Shown: positions 48,090 to 57,599 of the stretch, in pieces
Position numbering within the stretch: the first letter of the stretch is position 1
Layout: each line of letters starts with the position of its first letter
Source: Candidatus Omnitrophota bacterium
Lineage (GTDB): Bacteria > Omnitrophota > Gorgyraeia > Zapsychrales > JAHFFX01
Length of the DNA: 64,000 bases
NCBI GenBank assembly: GCA_023247705.1
Contig: JAHFFY010000003.1
Location: forward strand, 14,067-78,066
Reading direction: 5' to 3'
Position numbers and translations under genes: made by a program
Notes under the pieces: model-generated
Told to the model about the DNA's origin: nothing
Seen by the model: only the letters and a program-made list of their open reading frames with translations
The model's database searches: none

Positions 48090-50807
48090 TTAAGCGAGGA
48101 TAACTTTAAGAGAACAGAAAGGAATATCTTTTTCAAAGACCTCCCGTTTGATTTTGACGGACATCTCTGAAATCTTGGTGGCCGGACAATCAGTCTGATT
48201 CAAAGAAACACTTTTGATCGAATATTTTCCAAAATCGATTTTTTTCTGATTAACATAAATGATCTCCAATTTCTTACCGGCAAAATAACATCTCACCCTG
48301 GCCTCTCCTTTTTGATCAAACTCCTGCAACAGTAGTTTCGGGGCCAACACCAAATCACCGCGATCGCCCTGCACGCCGAAGACCTGCGTCAACTGGGTTA
48401 GAATCAGCCAGCTGGCCGAACCGGTCAGATAATGGTACATCCCCCGGCCTAATGAATCGAAATACTCCGGGATCCCGGGATAGATTTTACTTTTTTCCGT
48501 ATCGATACACATGCGATAAATCGATTGGAGAACAGCATACCCATCGTGAACAAAGCCTCTTTTATATAACGCGTAAGCGTACATCACATTCATGTGACTA
48601 AAAAACGCCCCGTTTTCCTTGGTCCCGTAGGCAAAACCAAACGCCCGCCCGAAATTCAGATAATGATCCAATCCGAAGTCTGTGTTCAGACGGATGCCGC
48701 CCAGCTGCGGGTCTTTCAGGAATCGATTGACGCTTTTAACGATCTCTTGAATTTCTTCCGGGGTTGCCAGTCCGCTCATCACCGGAAAAACCTGGCCGGT
48801 CAGCGTCATCCAGACTTTTTCATCTTTCTTTCCTTCCACGCGTTCGCCATGGTTATCATAATATCCGTTGAACCATTGATAAGTTTGCTGTTTGTCTTGG
48901 ACTGAAGTCCATTCTTGTTTTCGAATCTGACGAAAGATCCATTGACCTTTCTTTTTTAGATCCTTGATGACATCGGCAATTAAAACCTCTTCTTTTTTCC
49001 CGCTGACTTCCGGCTGGACCGCTTTGAAATACCGTTTAAAAAGCAGCTCCTCTTTATCATCGCGCTTATTGTAATCGCATTCTTTCTCCGATAGGGAATC
49101 CAACAAGATCAGGACCTCTTGCGCCAGCGTGATTTTTTTGATGCCTTTCCACTTGGCTAAGTCCGTCAGAAGATTGGCGAGGCTTAAAAGGTTTCCGCCG
49201 TAGAAACTCATGAACGCGACACTTTCCCCCCGATGAAAGGCCATATCCAGACCATCGTTCCAGTCCGCGCTTTCCAAACGGATCAGATTGTGTTCACCGA
49301 CATTAAGAAATTGAACGAGGTGCTGAATCAAAATATGTTCTAAGACAGTTCCGGAATAAATATCGCCTTTTTTATCTTTCAGCTTCTGGCCATACTGCAT
49401 CGACCAGCCGGAATCTTTTTCAAATGTCCGCGATAATTGCGGATCCCGAAAATAAGCATTCTGTTCCAGCAAAATACTATAATCTCCGGTTTGATCGATA
49501 TACAACAGTGTGGTCAAAAACGGCCAAGCCCCATGGTCCATCCACACACGAGTGATCGCATTACGGTCCGCGATAAATTCTCCCGGAACGGAACCGATGA
49601 TCGTTGCGTTCGTGCCGTCGATCCTGACCCCGGCGAAATTGTTGACCAGTGTCTCCCGGACATTTTCCGGTTCGATCAGAATCAATGACAATAAATCCTG
49701 CCAAAGATCGCGCCATCCCTTGCCGCCTTTTCCATAATCATGGTCGGGAAGAAAAGAGTTACCGAAAATCCGACGCAAGACCGGCTGGATCGTCACCCAT
49801 TTGATCCACGCGTTAAACGCCTCATCGCCTGTTTTCAGTTGAATGGAATCGATCTTTCCAGCCCAAAAGGTTTTGTTTTGTTCCAAGGCCGCATCAAATT
49901 TTTTCGTGCTGTTAAATTTCTCAAAAGTCGATTGGACAACCGCTTTGCTTTCCGCGATCCCCAGGACAAAAAGATATTCACGTTCTTTTCCCGGAGCCAA
50001 GGTCTCTTCCTTAAAACGCAACGCCCCCATCGCTTCACGGCCGGACAACAATTCTTTGGCCAAAGCCCGGGGGGGAGCATTGTTCATCAACGCCTCGGGT
50101 TCACTCCAGTCACCGCCTTCGCCGTAAAACGATTCAACCATCGGGAAAGACCCGACCGGCATTTCATTCTTATCCGAAACCCCGTAGACATAATAAACGG
50201 AATGATTCGCGAGATGCCCTTCTTCATTAAAAAGCAATGTGGGAGAAACAATAACACCCTGCGGTATTTGTTCGATCCGCTGCAATAGCGCGGTCACGTG
50301 TTCATGGTCATGCTTGTTCGCCAAAGCCCGGCCGAAGATAGGCACCGCAGCCGTCGGAATGAATTTAATATTTTTATCGGAATTATTTTCGACCGTAATC
50401 CGCATCAGCTCCACGGGTTCGCCACTCGAAGGGACAAAATTCAGCGCTTTGATTTTAAGACCAGCCTGCGGGAACACGCGTTCCATCCGGTGCCAAAGCG
50501 GTCCGATTTCGATGCATGGCGGACTTTCAGAAGCAGGCTGCGCCAAGGAAATAACTCGATTGTTTTCTAAACAAACGAAAAAATTTCTGACCCCGTTCCT
50601 TAAATCCTCACGGGAAACCGGTTTGGTCAAATAACGATTCTTATCCATTTTGATATCGCCGCTCAAAAATGGCGTAATGGACGATTTGATTCCTCTGGAA
50701 TCAATTCCGCACAAAGGGAAATAAATGAGTCTCAAAGCCGATAACTGGTTGGAGGTGAAACTCACTCCATCGGAAGAGAATGAATAATGCGATTTGGGGG
50801 ACGTCAT
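48090..50807 (-). CDS. GH94 glycoside phosphorylase (laminaribiose/cellobiose phosphorylase-like)
   Basis: GWRDLWQD, ADWNDGLD (catalytic Asp), KENGAFFSH, PEYF and YLTGSASW motifs. Confidence 0.9.
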   Translation of the reverse strand: MTSPKSHYSFSSDGVSFTSNQLSALRLIYFPLCGIDSRGIKSSITPFLSGDIKMDKNRYLTKPVSREDLRNGVRNFFVCLENNRVISLAQPASESPPCIEIGPLWHRMERVFPQAGLKIKALNFVPSSGEPVELMRITVENNSDKNIKFIPTAAVPIFGRALANKHDHEHVTALLQRIEQIPQGVIVSPTLLFNEEGHLANHSVYYVYGVSDKNEMPVGSFPMVESFYGEGGDWSEPEALMNNAPPRALAKELLSGREAMGALRFKEETLAPGKEREYLFVLGIAESKAVVQSTFEKFNSTKKFDAALEQNKTFWAGKIDSIQLKTGDEAFNAWIKWVTIQPVLRRIFGNSFLPDHDYGKGGKGWRDLWQDLLSLILIEPENVRETLVNNFAGVRIDGTNATIIGSVPGEFIADRNAITRVWMDHGAWPFLTTLLYIDQTGDYSILLEQNAYFRDPQLSRTFEKDSGWSMQYGQKLKDKKGDIYSGTVLEHILIQHLVQFLNVGEHNLIRLESADWNDGLDMAFHRGESVAFMSFYGGNLLSLANLLTDLAKWKGIKKITLAQEVLILLDSLSEKECDYNKRDDKEELLFKRYFKAVQPEVSGKKEEVLIADVIKDLKKKGQWIFRQIRKQEWTSVQDKQQTYQWFNGYYDNHGERVEGKKDEKVWMTLTGQVFPVMSGLATPEEIQEIVKSVNRFLKDPQLGGIRLNTDFGLDHYLNFGRAFGFAYGTKENGAFFSHMNVMYAYALYKRGFVHDGYAVLQSIYRMCIDTEKSKIYPGIPEYFDSLGRGMYHYLTGSASWLILTQLTQVFGVQGDRGDLVLAPKLLLQEFDQKGEARVRCYFAGKKLEIIYVNQKKIDFGKYSIKSVSLNQTDCPATKISEMSVKIKREVFEKDIPFCSLKVILA

Positions 50808-50928
50808 AAAAACCTTAAACGTTTGATTGTTGAAAGCGGTCTTATTGAAAATACCTCCAGAAGCCGATTTTAAAATTGGTTCACACTATATCAAAAGTTT
50901 TCATGGATGTAAAGACCGACAAGAAAAC

Positions 50929-52095
50929 TCACGGGCCGGTCCCCCAATGGATGGAATGCTCGCCAAAACGGTCTTTGATTTGATCTAACGCGGTGTGAAC
51001 GCTTTCTTTTTTGCCATCGCGGGGACTTTTAAAAAGACTATCCTGCACGTAAAGATCATCCAGATTGGAAATACGCACACCGATCAGCCGCAGGCTCATC
51101 CCCTCCTGCCAGAATCCTTTGAACAATTCTTCCGCGTTCTGATAAATGGTATCGGTAAAATTAGTTCGTTGCTCCAAGGTAACAGTGCGGGAGTATGTCT
51201 TGAACCCCGTCAACCGGATTTTCAGCGTCAGGGTCCGTCCTTTCAAATCTGATTTTCTCAGACGGCGCGAGACCTTCTGGCTTAGAAATAACAGGATGGC
51301 ATGGATTACCTCCAGATCGCCTGTATCCTGATCAAAGGTATATTCGTGGCTGATCGATTTAACGAGCTCATCCAAGACAACCTCCCGCGGATCAACTCCA
51401 TGCGCGAGGTTGTACAAATGAATACCCGCCTCGCCAAATTGTTTGAAAATAATCTCCTGAGAACTATGCGCGATGTCACCGATCGTTTTAAGCCCCAGAC
51501 GATCGAAAACTATTTTATTTTTCGGGCCCACCCCCCAAAGCCGCTCGACCGGTTGAGGCCAGAGAAAATCGAATAACCGGTCGCTGCTGATCTCTAAAAG
51601 GCCGTCTGGTTTGGAACAATCCGAGGCCATTTTCGCCGCCATCTTGATCGGAGCGATCCCGATGGAAGCGGTCAAACGGACCTCCTCTTTGATTTTTTCT
51701 TTTATTTTAAAACAAGTGCGGTAGGGCGTCTGGTGAAGATGAGAAGTGCCGGTGATATCCAGAAAGGCTTCATCAATACTGATCGGTTCGACTTGCGGGG
51801 TGAATCGGGAAAGGATCTCAAAGATTTGATCTGAAACCTGCTGATATTTCTTCCCGTTGACTGGAAGAAAAACAGCCTGAGGACACCGGCGATAAGCGAT
51901 CGAAATAGGCATTGCGGAATGAACCCCGAACCGTCGCGCCTCATAAGAACACGTTGAAACAACGCCCCGGCCTTTGCCTTTCTTCGGATCAGCTCCGATG
52001 ACAACAGGTTTATTGCGCAGTCGAGGATCATCCCTCTGCTCAACGGCGGCAAAAAAGGCGTCCATGTCCACATGTGCGATCACTTTTTTATTCAT
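50929..52095 (-). CDS. dinB: DNA polymerase IV
   Basis: HVDMDAFFAAVEQ, SYEARRFGV, SIDEAF and KPDG motifs. Confidence 0.96.
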   Translation of the reverse strand: MNKKVIAHVDMDAFFAAVEQRDDPRLRNKPVVIGADPKKGKGRGVVSTCSYEARRFGVHSAMPISIAYRRCPQAVFLPVNGKKYQQVSDQIFEILSRFTPQVEPISIDEAFLDITGTSHLHQTPYRTCFKIKEKIKEEVRLTASIGIAPIKMAAKMASDCSKPDGLLEISSDRLFDFLWPQPVERLWGVGPKNKIVFDRLGLKTIGDIAHSSQEIIFKQFGEAGIHLYNLAHGVDPREVVLDELVKSISHEYTFDQDTGDLEVIHAILLFLSQKVSRRLRKSDLKGRTLTLKIRLTGFKTYSRTVTLEQRTNFTDTIYQNAEELFKGFWQEGMSLRLIGVRISNLDDLYVQDSLFKSPRDGKKESVHTALDQIKDRFGEHSIHWGTGP

Positions 52096-52103
52096 CAGGT
52101 AAG

Positions 52104-52139
52104 AAAAAAAACCTCCTTTGATAAAATATTAAAGGAGGC
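52104..52139 (-). terminator. Intrinsic terminator immediately upstream of dinB
   Basis: GCCTCCTTTAATA-TTT-TATCAAAGGAGG-T8. Confidence 0.7.
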
Positions 52140-52164
52140 TGGCTAACGACCGACAATCGACTCT

Positions 52165-52314
52165 TTATTTTTTATCTTTTAACAGCTGGATAATTTTCTC
52201 TAACCTTGCAGTCATGGCAACGGGGACAAAAACAATCCACACCAGCAAAAATACCCTGATGCCAAAATACCAGAACCTTGTATCACTGGAATAATCAGAA
52301 ACATGACACATCAT
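52165..52314 (-). CDS. Small single-TM protein (48-49 aa)
   Basis: SD AAGGAGG before ATGATG; MMCHVSDYSSDTRFWYFGIRVFLLVWIVFVPVAMTARLEKIIQLLKDKK. Confidence 0.65.
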   Translation of the reverse strand: MMCHVSDYSSDTRFWYFGIRVFLLVWIVFVPVAMTARLEKIIQLLKDKK

Positions 52315-52473
52315 AACCTCCTTCGTTTTATAAAAAACCCTCTGGCAAATTAGGTTTAAATTGACTTCATTATATCTTTGCCGATAAAAGATGTAAAGAC
52401 TGAAAATATAAAACAAAAGTACAAAAAAATTATTTGCAGATCAAAAGATTTTAAAATTTTATTTCTATAACTA

Positions 52474-52501
52474 TTGATCTCAATAAACAATTTGCTATAA
52501 T
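52474..52501 (+). promoter_or_regulatory. Extended -10 promoter for the PilZ gene
   Basis: TTGATC-N16-TATAAT with TG at -15/-14. Confidence 0.55.
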
Positions 52502-52696
52502 AAAATTCCATTTGAAAATTTTTTGTCCAATTTAGTTTATTTAAAAAGGAATGATACCCGAATAAAACAGTGATTTTTTAAAAACATTATTCCAATCCCT
52601 GAATTCACTAAATGGACTTTTTATTAAACCCATAATTGGGCAGCTTTTTCGTCAGAAAAAGTTTGGGTTAATAACATCTAGAGAGAAGGAGTTTGT

Positions 52697-53224
52697 ATGA
52701 AAGACAATTATTCATTTTTAAAAGACGAGCTGGCTTTGATGGAGATCCGTAAACATAAATGGCTCGAAAGCGAGAAACTCGGCCAGGAAATAGGGTTTGC
52801 GACTGCAGCTTGTGACTGGATCAACAAATATGGCTACACGTGGAAACAATTTCGTCTGGATGCGGAAGACACAACCAATCTTTTTCTGGAAAGAAGGAAA
52901 TATCGTCGTTTTAATTTCCATCTTCCTGTTCAGCTCAAAACAGATCAGAACTGTTTGATCAGCTACACGATTGAGTTGAGTCTGATCGGCCTCTCCTGTA
53001 TTCTCCCGACTTACATTCCGGAAAATACGAACGTTGAAATGACCATTAACATTGACCAAGAAACATCCGGACACCGGCTGTCAAACTTTAAGTTTTCCAG
53101 CCGGGTCTTAAGAATCTCTCAACCAAAACCACAGAAGTCACAATTCTGTTACGAAATTTTTCTGCCTTTCAATGAACAGGCACGAGATTATTTAAGAAAT
53201 ACCTTGGGATTGTTTAATAATTGA
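52697..53224 (+). CDS. DUF4032-like N-domain fused to a PilZ domain
   Basis: EIRKHKWLESEK.G.EIG..TA..DW, then ERRKYRR (RxxxR) and ELSLIG; SD AAGGAG. Confidence 0.7.
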   Translation: MKDNYSFLKDELALMEIRKHKWLESEKLGQEIGFATAACDWINKYGYTWKQFRLDAEDTTNLFLERRKYRRFNFHLPVQLKTDQNCLISYTIELSLIGLSCILPTYIPENTNVEMTINIDQETSGHRLSNFKFSSRVLRISQPKPQKSQFCYEIFLPFNEQARDYLRNTLGLFNN

Positions 53225-53401
53225 CATTGGTACCGGGTCTCTTCACAGCAAGAGATATTTTGTCCATGAGATCAAATCATTACTTATTGAATTTTTCTTT
53301 CCCAAATGTAATTCTCTACTGGCGCTGCGGATGCTGGCGGGAAATTTAAAATGCTGTTTACGCAAAAAAAGCGCAATAATGAGAGGCATCTCCATCTTTG
53401 A

Positions 53402-54127
53402 TCAAATGAATTTTCTTATTTGTGTTATCGAGTAATTGATATCATTCAAAGGGCATTGTTCACATAAAGGATTGCTCCTGCAAAATTCTTTCCCCACCCG
53501 TACAATCAAGGCATGATATTCATTAAATAACGGTGGATCGGTCTTCAAATGACGCATGAATTCCTTTTGGATGCCATGATAATCCTCCGTTGGAGACACT
53601 AAGCTATGCCGGACAAGTATCCTTTTGGTATAGGCATCCACAACAAAAATTGGTTTCTCCAATGCGTATAATAAAATTGAATCCGCCGTTTCGGGCCCGA
53701 TGCCGTTGACCGCGAGAAGTTGCGGTCGCAATTGTTCCAGAGGAACTTTCTCCATTCTCTGCAAACTTCCATCATATTTCTGCCAAAGGAAATCGATAAA
53801 ACTCTTCAAGCGTTTTGTTTTAACATTAAAAAAACCGGCGGGTTTGATTAAAGCAGCCAAATGCTTGGGAGAAATATCTCTGATGGCCAATGGAGTAAGG
53901 ACACCCGACCGTTCCAGGTTCACGAGTGCTTTCTCAACATTCTTCCAATTGGTATTTTGGGTGAGAATCGCCCCCACCACCACCTCGAATTTTGTTTTGG
54001 CGGGCCACCAGAATTGGGGACCGAAGCGGGCCATGAGACGCTTATAAATTTTATTGAGGTAGAATTTCTGCTGGCTTGAATTCATCCGCTTAATGTCGAT
54101 GACGGGATTTTTGCCGCAACACTTCAT
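53402..54127 (-). CDS. Endonuclease III-related HhH-GPD DNA glycosylase; start probably ATG 54085
   Basis: WWPA..FEV.VGAILTQNT.W, GIGPETAD, VVDAY and C-terminal C.....C..CP cluster. Confidence 0.9.
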   Translation of the reverse strand: MKCCGKNPVIDIKRMNSSQQKFYLNKIYKRLMARFGPQFWWPAKTKFEVVVGAILTQNTNWKNVEKALVNLERSGVLTPLAIRDISPKHLAALIKPAGFFNVKTKRLKSFIDFLWQKYDGSLQRMEKVPLEQLRPQLLAVNGIGPETADSILLYALEKPIFVVDAYTKRILVRHSLVSPTEDYHGIQKEFMRHLKTDPPLFNEYHALIVRVGKEFCRSNPLCEQCPLNDINYSITQIRKFI

Positions 54128-54239
54128 TATAAAGCTCGGATTCCGTCCAATCCTTATCCGGCTTCTTCACTTCTTGTCGTTCAGTCATGAATTTCTTTGG
54201 ATCGAGACGGTATTTAGGCTTTTTGTTTTGATGGGACAT
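54090..54239 (-). CDS. Small basic hypothetical protein (49 aa)
   Basis: SD AAAGGAGG before ATG 54239; MSHQNKKPKYRLDPKKFMTERQEVKKPDKDWTESELYNEVLRQKSRHRH. Confidence 0.55.
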   Translation of the reverse strand: MSHQNKKPKYRLDPKKFMTERQEVKKPDKDWTESELYNEVLRQKSRHRH

Positions 54240-54325
54240 AGGGTCCTCCTTTAATGGGCTAGGCTGATTCAAGTGTAAACGATATGTCCCTGATCAGGCA
54301 AGGGAATTTCTACGGGATAAAAACA

Positions 54326-54622
54326 TCATGATTGATCAAATTGATAAACTTTACGGACCTTTTCCAAAACTTCCCAATGGCAGGTCAATCCTTTTGGAAA
54401 CGTCACCAGATCTCCCGCGCCAATCATAAATTCTTCAGAGATCGTTTTGATTCTGACTTTTCCTTCATAAATATAAGCGACCTCGGTGGCAGGGTACAGC
54501 CAATCAAACGAAGATGGTTTGCACTCCCAAACGGACCAGACACCGACATCGGTCGGATTGGCGGGGATCCCTAATTTCTTTTTCTCCACCGAGGAGGGTT
54601 TCTCAATCTTGAGTTTACTCAT
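54326..54622 (-). CDS. Cupin_3 (DUF861) protein
   Basis: WECKPS.F.W.Y...E..YIYEG and GDLVTFPKG..C.W motifs. Confidence 0.88.
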   Translation of the reverse strand: MSKLKIEKPSSVEKKKLGIPANPTDVGVWSVWECKPSSFDWLYPATEVAYIYEGKVRIKTISEEFMIGAGDLVTFPKGLTCHWEVLEKVRKVYQFDQS

Positions 54623-55097
54623 TTTGTTTATGTTCCTTCATCGGAAATAACGTCACCATATCGCTCTGGGCAGCCGTTGTTTCTTCTGTCCTGGGATAAT
54701 ATTCCAACCGAAGACATTGATCCTGTTGATCAAAGTAGGCATAAACTTTGGGCGAACCGAACGGTTTATCCATGTATCGATAAAGCCATTTTTCAATGAC
54801 CTGGTCATTTTGAGATCCTTGTTTCACCAGAATTGGTTTTCCGAAGGCCTTTAGGAAATCTTTTTTGTTTTGATAGCTGGACACAGAACGATCATTAACT
54901 GCTGCGAGGAGCTTTTTAAAATTATTATTCTGTTTCTCTACAAACACATCCTGGGCATCGCGGTTCTCGGAAAGATCTTTAAGCGTCAAGAGTTCATCCA
55001 GATGGGCCAGTTTGGCGCAACCGGCCAATCCCGCACATAAAACCAGGAAAAGGAAAAAATATCTCATGAGCTCTATTCTTCTCTTATATATTCTCAT
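54615..55097 (-). CDS. Hypothetical lipoprotein; start probably MRYFF
   Basis: LAGC lipobox; FGKP...W.YRY SmpA/BamE-like pattern. Confidence 0.65.
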   Translation of the reverse strand: MRIYKRRIELMRYFFLFLVLCAGLAGCAKLAHLDELLTLKDLSENRDAQDVFVEKQNNNFKKLLAAVNDRSVSSYQNKKDFLKAFGKPILVKQGSQNDQVIEKWLYRYMDKPFGSPKVYAYFDQQDQCLRLEYYPRTEETTAAQSDMVTLFPMKEHKQNE

Positions 55098-55177
55098 TTG
55101 GAGTATCCGGTGATCAGGTTATTGGGGACCGGGGGATTGGAAGATCGCGGGGATCCGAAACGTTCCCGATTTCCTAG

Positions 55178-55254
55178 AAGTCATTTCACAACCTCGAAAA
55201 CGGTCCTTCTCATTGACGAGGTTGACGTGGTGAAAAGGGGTTATGAAATGGCTT
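55178..55254. mobile_element. MITE-B (77 bp)
   Basis: TIR AAGTCATTTCACAACC / GGTTATGAAATGGCTT, flanked by CTAG (55174-77) and CTAC (55255-58). Confidence 0.7.
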
Positions 55255-55258
55255 CTAC

Positions 55259-55340
55259 TCCTTTGTCAAACCCGTTTTTAATAGTTGATCCCTCTATACT
55301 TTGAAGGAAATCAACTATTAAAAACAAAATTGACAAAGCA
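55259..55340 (+). mobile_element. MITE-A copy 3 (82 bp, slightly decayed ends)
   Basis: TCCTTTGTCAA...TTGACAAAGCA flanked by CTAC and CTAG. Confidence 0.9.
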
Positions 55341-55394
55341 CTAGTCCCTAGATCCCCTGGTTACCAGATCACCGATGAATCGATTTCTTCTCTT

Positions 55395-55655
55395 TTAGAA
55401 AGCGTCCAGCCAGCGAAAATGAACAAAAACCCGTCCCCAATTTTTGTCATCTTTCTCGATCCGGTGATAAACATTTTTGTATCGTTTTTCCAAAAATCTT
55501 AAGACAGATTTTTTTAACTGCCCCGATCCTTTGCCCGGAATGATCTCGACCAGTTTGGCCTTTTTCTGGATCGCGTCTTCCATAATGCCCTGCAGGGCCC
55601 TATCGAGCTTGGCCCCGTCGGAATAAATGTCGTGCAAATCGAGTTTGAGTTTCAT
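55395..55655 (-). CDS. Stand-alone Smr/MutS2 domain protein
   Basis: LDLH, IIPGKGSG.LK and NWG motifs. Confidence 0.88.
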   Translation of the reverse strand: MKLKLDLHDIYSDGAKLDRALQGIMEDAIQKKAKLVEIIPGKGSGQLKKSVLRFLEKRYKNVYHRIEKDDKNWGRVFVHFRWLDAF

Positions 55656-57595
55656 TTGTTGATCTGGTTTCTTTCATCCGTTAAACGGTCAATGGTGTTC
55701 TCGATTTCCCGTATCCTTTTGGGGATGAATTTCAAACGTTGCCCGTATTCTTTGAGCATCTGGGGATCACGGCCGCTGAAAGCCTCAGTCAGGACGCGGG
55801 ACTTGATAAAACTTTCTGTTTCTAACTCTTTCTTCTCTTTCTCAAGTTTCTTAATTTCATTCTTGATCTCATCCATCCGCTTTAAAGCCTGTTTATGCTT
55901 TTGATGTAAATTGCTGACCGATGCGCTTTCTTTTTGCTTTTGCTGATGGGCTTCTTTTTTTAGCCGCTGGCCTTCCAAAACGATCTGACGCTCTTTTTCC
56001 TTGGCGCCGGCCTCCGACTCATTCTTTTTATCCAGGTAATAATCCAGTCCCCCAGGATAACTTTTCAGTATCCCATTATCAACCTCAACAATATAATTGG
56101 CAATTTCTTTTACAAAAAAAAGATCGTGGCTGATGAAGCACAATGTCCCTTCATAGGTTTTAAAAGCGGTGGTCAACGCCTCGACCCCATCGATGTCCAG
56201 ATGGGTGGTGGGCTCATCGAGCAGGATAAAATTCGGAGGATTGATCAGCAATTTGGCTAAGATGACCCGGCTCTTCTCTCCACCGGATAAAATTTTGACT
56301 TGTTTAAAAACATCATCGCCGTGAAAATTAAAAAGCCCCAATAAGGTCCGGATCTTCACGGCCGGAACCATCCCGGCTGCGGATGTGGCGACTTCATCAA
56401 ACGCCGTCCGTTCCGAATTCAAAACGTCTAATCTCGTTTGCGAAAAATATCCCAGATCAACCTGATGCCCCAGACGACGGGACCCGGAATCCGGCTGAAC
56501 GACCCCGGCCAGCATCTTAAGCAGCGTCGACTTCCCAGCTCCGTTGTGACCGACAAGACAAAGCTTCTGGCCTTTGGTGATCTCAAAATCCATTTCCTCA
56601 TATACTTTTTTCTCGCCGTAAAATTTATGAATATTATTGAGCGAAATAACGCTGTATCCGCTTTGTCGCGTCGTTGGAAATTCAAAATCTTTGATGCTCT
56701 TGCGCTCGTAAGGAAGTTCAATCTCTTCCAGACGCTCCAGCATCTTGCGTTTGTTCCTGACGGCCGAGGCCTTGTTCGGCTGCGCGTGAAAGCGTTCAGC
56801 GAAGCGTTCGAGTTGTTCACGTTTCTTCTCGACGACCTTCTGCCGTTTCTCCAAAGACCGGTAACGTTCATCCTTCAGGCGTTCATACTCTTCATAATTC
56901 CCCTTCACCTTGGTGATATGGCCGTATTCCAGCACAATTGTGTAATTGGTGATTTCATTCAAAAAAATTTTATCGTGGGAAATGATAACAAACGTCCCTT
57001 TATAATTTTTCAGATAATCTTTCAGCCATAAGGTCGCCGACAAATCGAGATAATTGGTAGGTTCGTCTAAAAGCAGGAGATCATATTGATAAGTCAACAG
57101 CTTGGCCAAAAGGGTGCGCATCTGCCAACCGCCGCTTAATTGAACGATGGGACGGTGAAAGTCCTGTTCTTTAAAACCGAGTCCCGTGAGAATTTTTTCC
57201 GCCCGATGTTCGATTTCGTAAAGCCCCAGCATTTCCAGTTCATGCAACACATCCCCGTAACGCATCGTATCCGCCTTGCCGGATTCTTCCAGTTCGCGCT
57301 TTTCTTGCTTAAGGATCACGATGCGTTGATCGCCCTCAGTCAATTCTTCGAGGACGGTCCGGGAGGAATCAAACTTGGCTTCCTGAGGAAGAAAACCGAT
57401 GTTGAGGTTTTTTTGAATCTGGACCTCACCCGCCGTCGGTTCCATCTGGCGGAGAATAATCGAGAACAGAGTCGTTTTCCCGGCGCCGTTGGGTCCGGTC
57501 AGACCGATTTTCTCGTTGGGATAAATGCTGATCGAGACATTGTCGAGCAGCATCCGCTGATTAAAATTCTTGGAAAGGTTCGTAATGGTAATCAT
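55652..57595 (-). CDS. ABC-F family ATP-binding protein
   Basis: Two ABC domains (GPNGAGKT/LSGGW/DEPTN and GHNGAGKS/LSGGE/DEPTT), no TM, C-terminal coiled coil. Confidence 0.95.
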   Translation of the reverse strand: MITITNLSKNFNQRMLLDNVSISIYPNEKIGLTGPNGAGKTTLFSIILRQMEPTAGEVQIQKNLNIGFLPQEAKFDSSRTVLEELTEGDQRIVILKQEKRELEESGKADTMRYGDVLHELEMLGLYEIEHRAEKILTGLGFKEQDFHRPIVQLSGGWQMRTLLAKLLTYQYDLLLLDEPTNYLDLSATLWLKDYLKNYKGTFVIISHDKIFLNEITNYTIVLEYGHITKVKGNYEEYERLKDERYRSLEKRQKVVEKKREQLERFAERFHAQPNKASAVRNKRKMLERLEEIELPYERKSIKDFEFPTTRQSGYSVISLNNIHKFYGEKKVYEEMDFEITKGQKLCLVGHNGAGKSTLLKMLAGVVQPDSGSRRLGHQVDLGYFSQTRLDVLNSERTAFDEVATSAAGMVPAVKIRTLLGLFNFHGDDVFKQVKILSGGEKSRVILAKLLINPPNFILLDEPTTHLDIDGVEALTTAFKTYEGTLCFISHDLFFVKEIANYIVEVDNGILKSYPGGLDYYLDKKNESEAGAKEKERQIVLEGQRLKKEAHQQKQKESASVSNLHQKHKQALKRMDEIKNEIKKLEKEKKELETESFIKSRVLTEAFSGRDPQMLKEYGQRLKFIPKRIREIENTIDRLTDERNQINK

Positions 57596-57599
57596 AAAA

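Larger units (their letters stand above)
55108..55374. repeat. Long imperfect hairpin of ~8-nt tandem units, interrupted by two MITEs
   Basis: Left arm cggtgatc-aggttatt-ggggacc-gggggatt-ggaagatc; reverse complement of the right arm cggtgatc-tggtaacc-aggggatc-tagggact-aggaaatc once the MITEs are removed. Confidence 0.65.

Noticed and set aside
53225-53401. Possible fluoride riboswitch (GATGGAG-like text on the minus strand)
   Set aside because: The pseudoknot and 3' motif are not matched, and the region lies between convergent gene ends.
55098-55304. 68-aa ORF
   Set aside because: It runs through the hairpin/MITE composite; TTG start with no SD.
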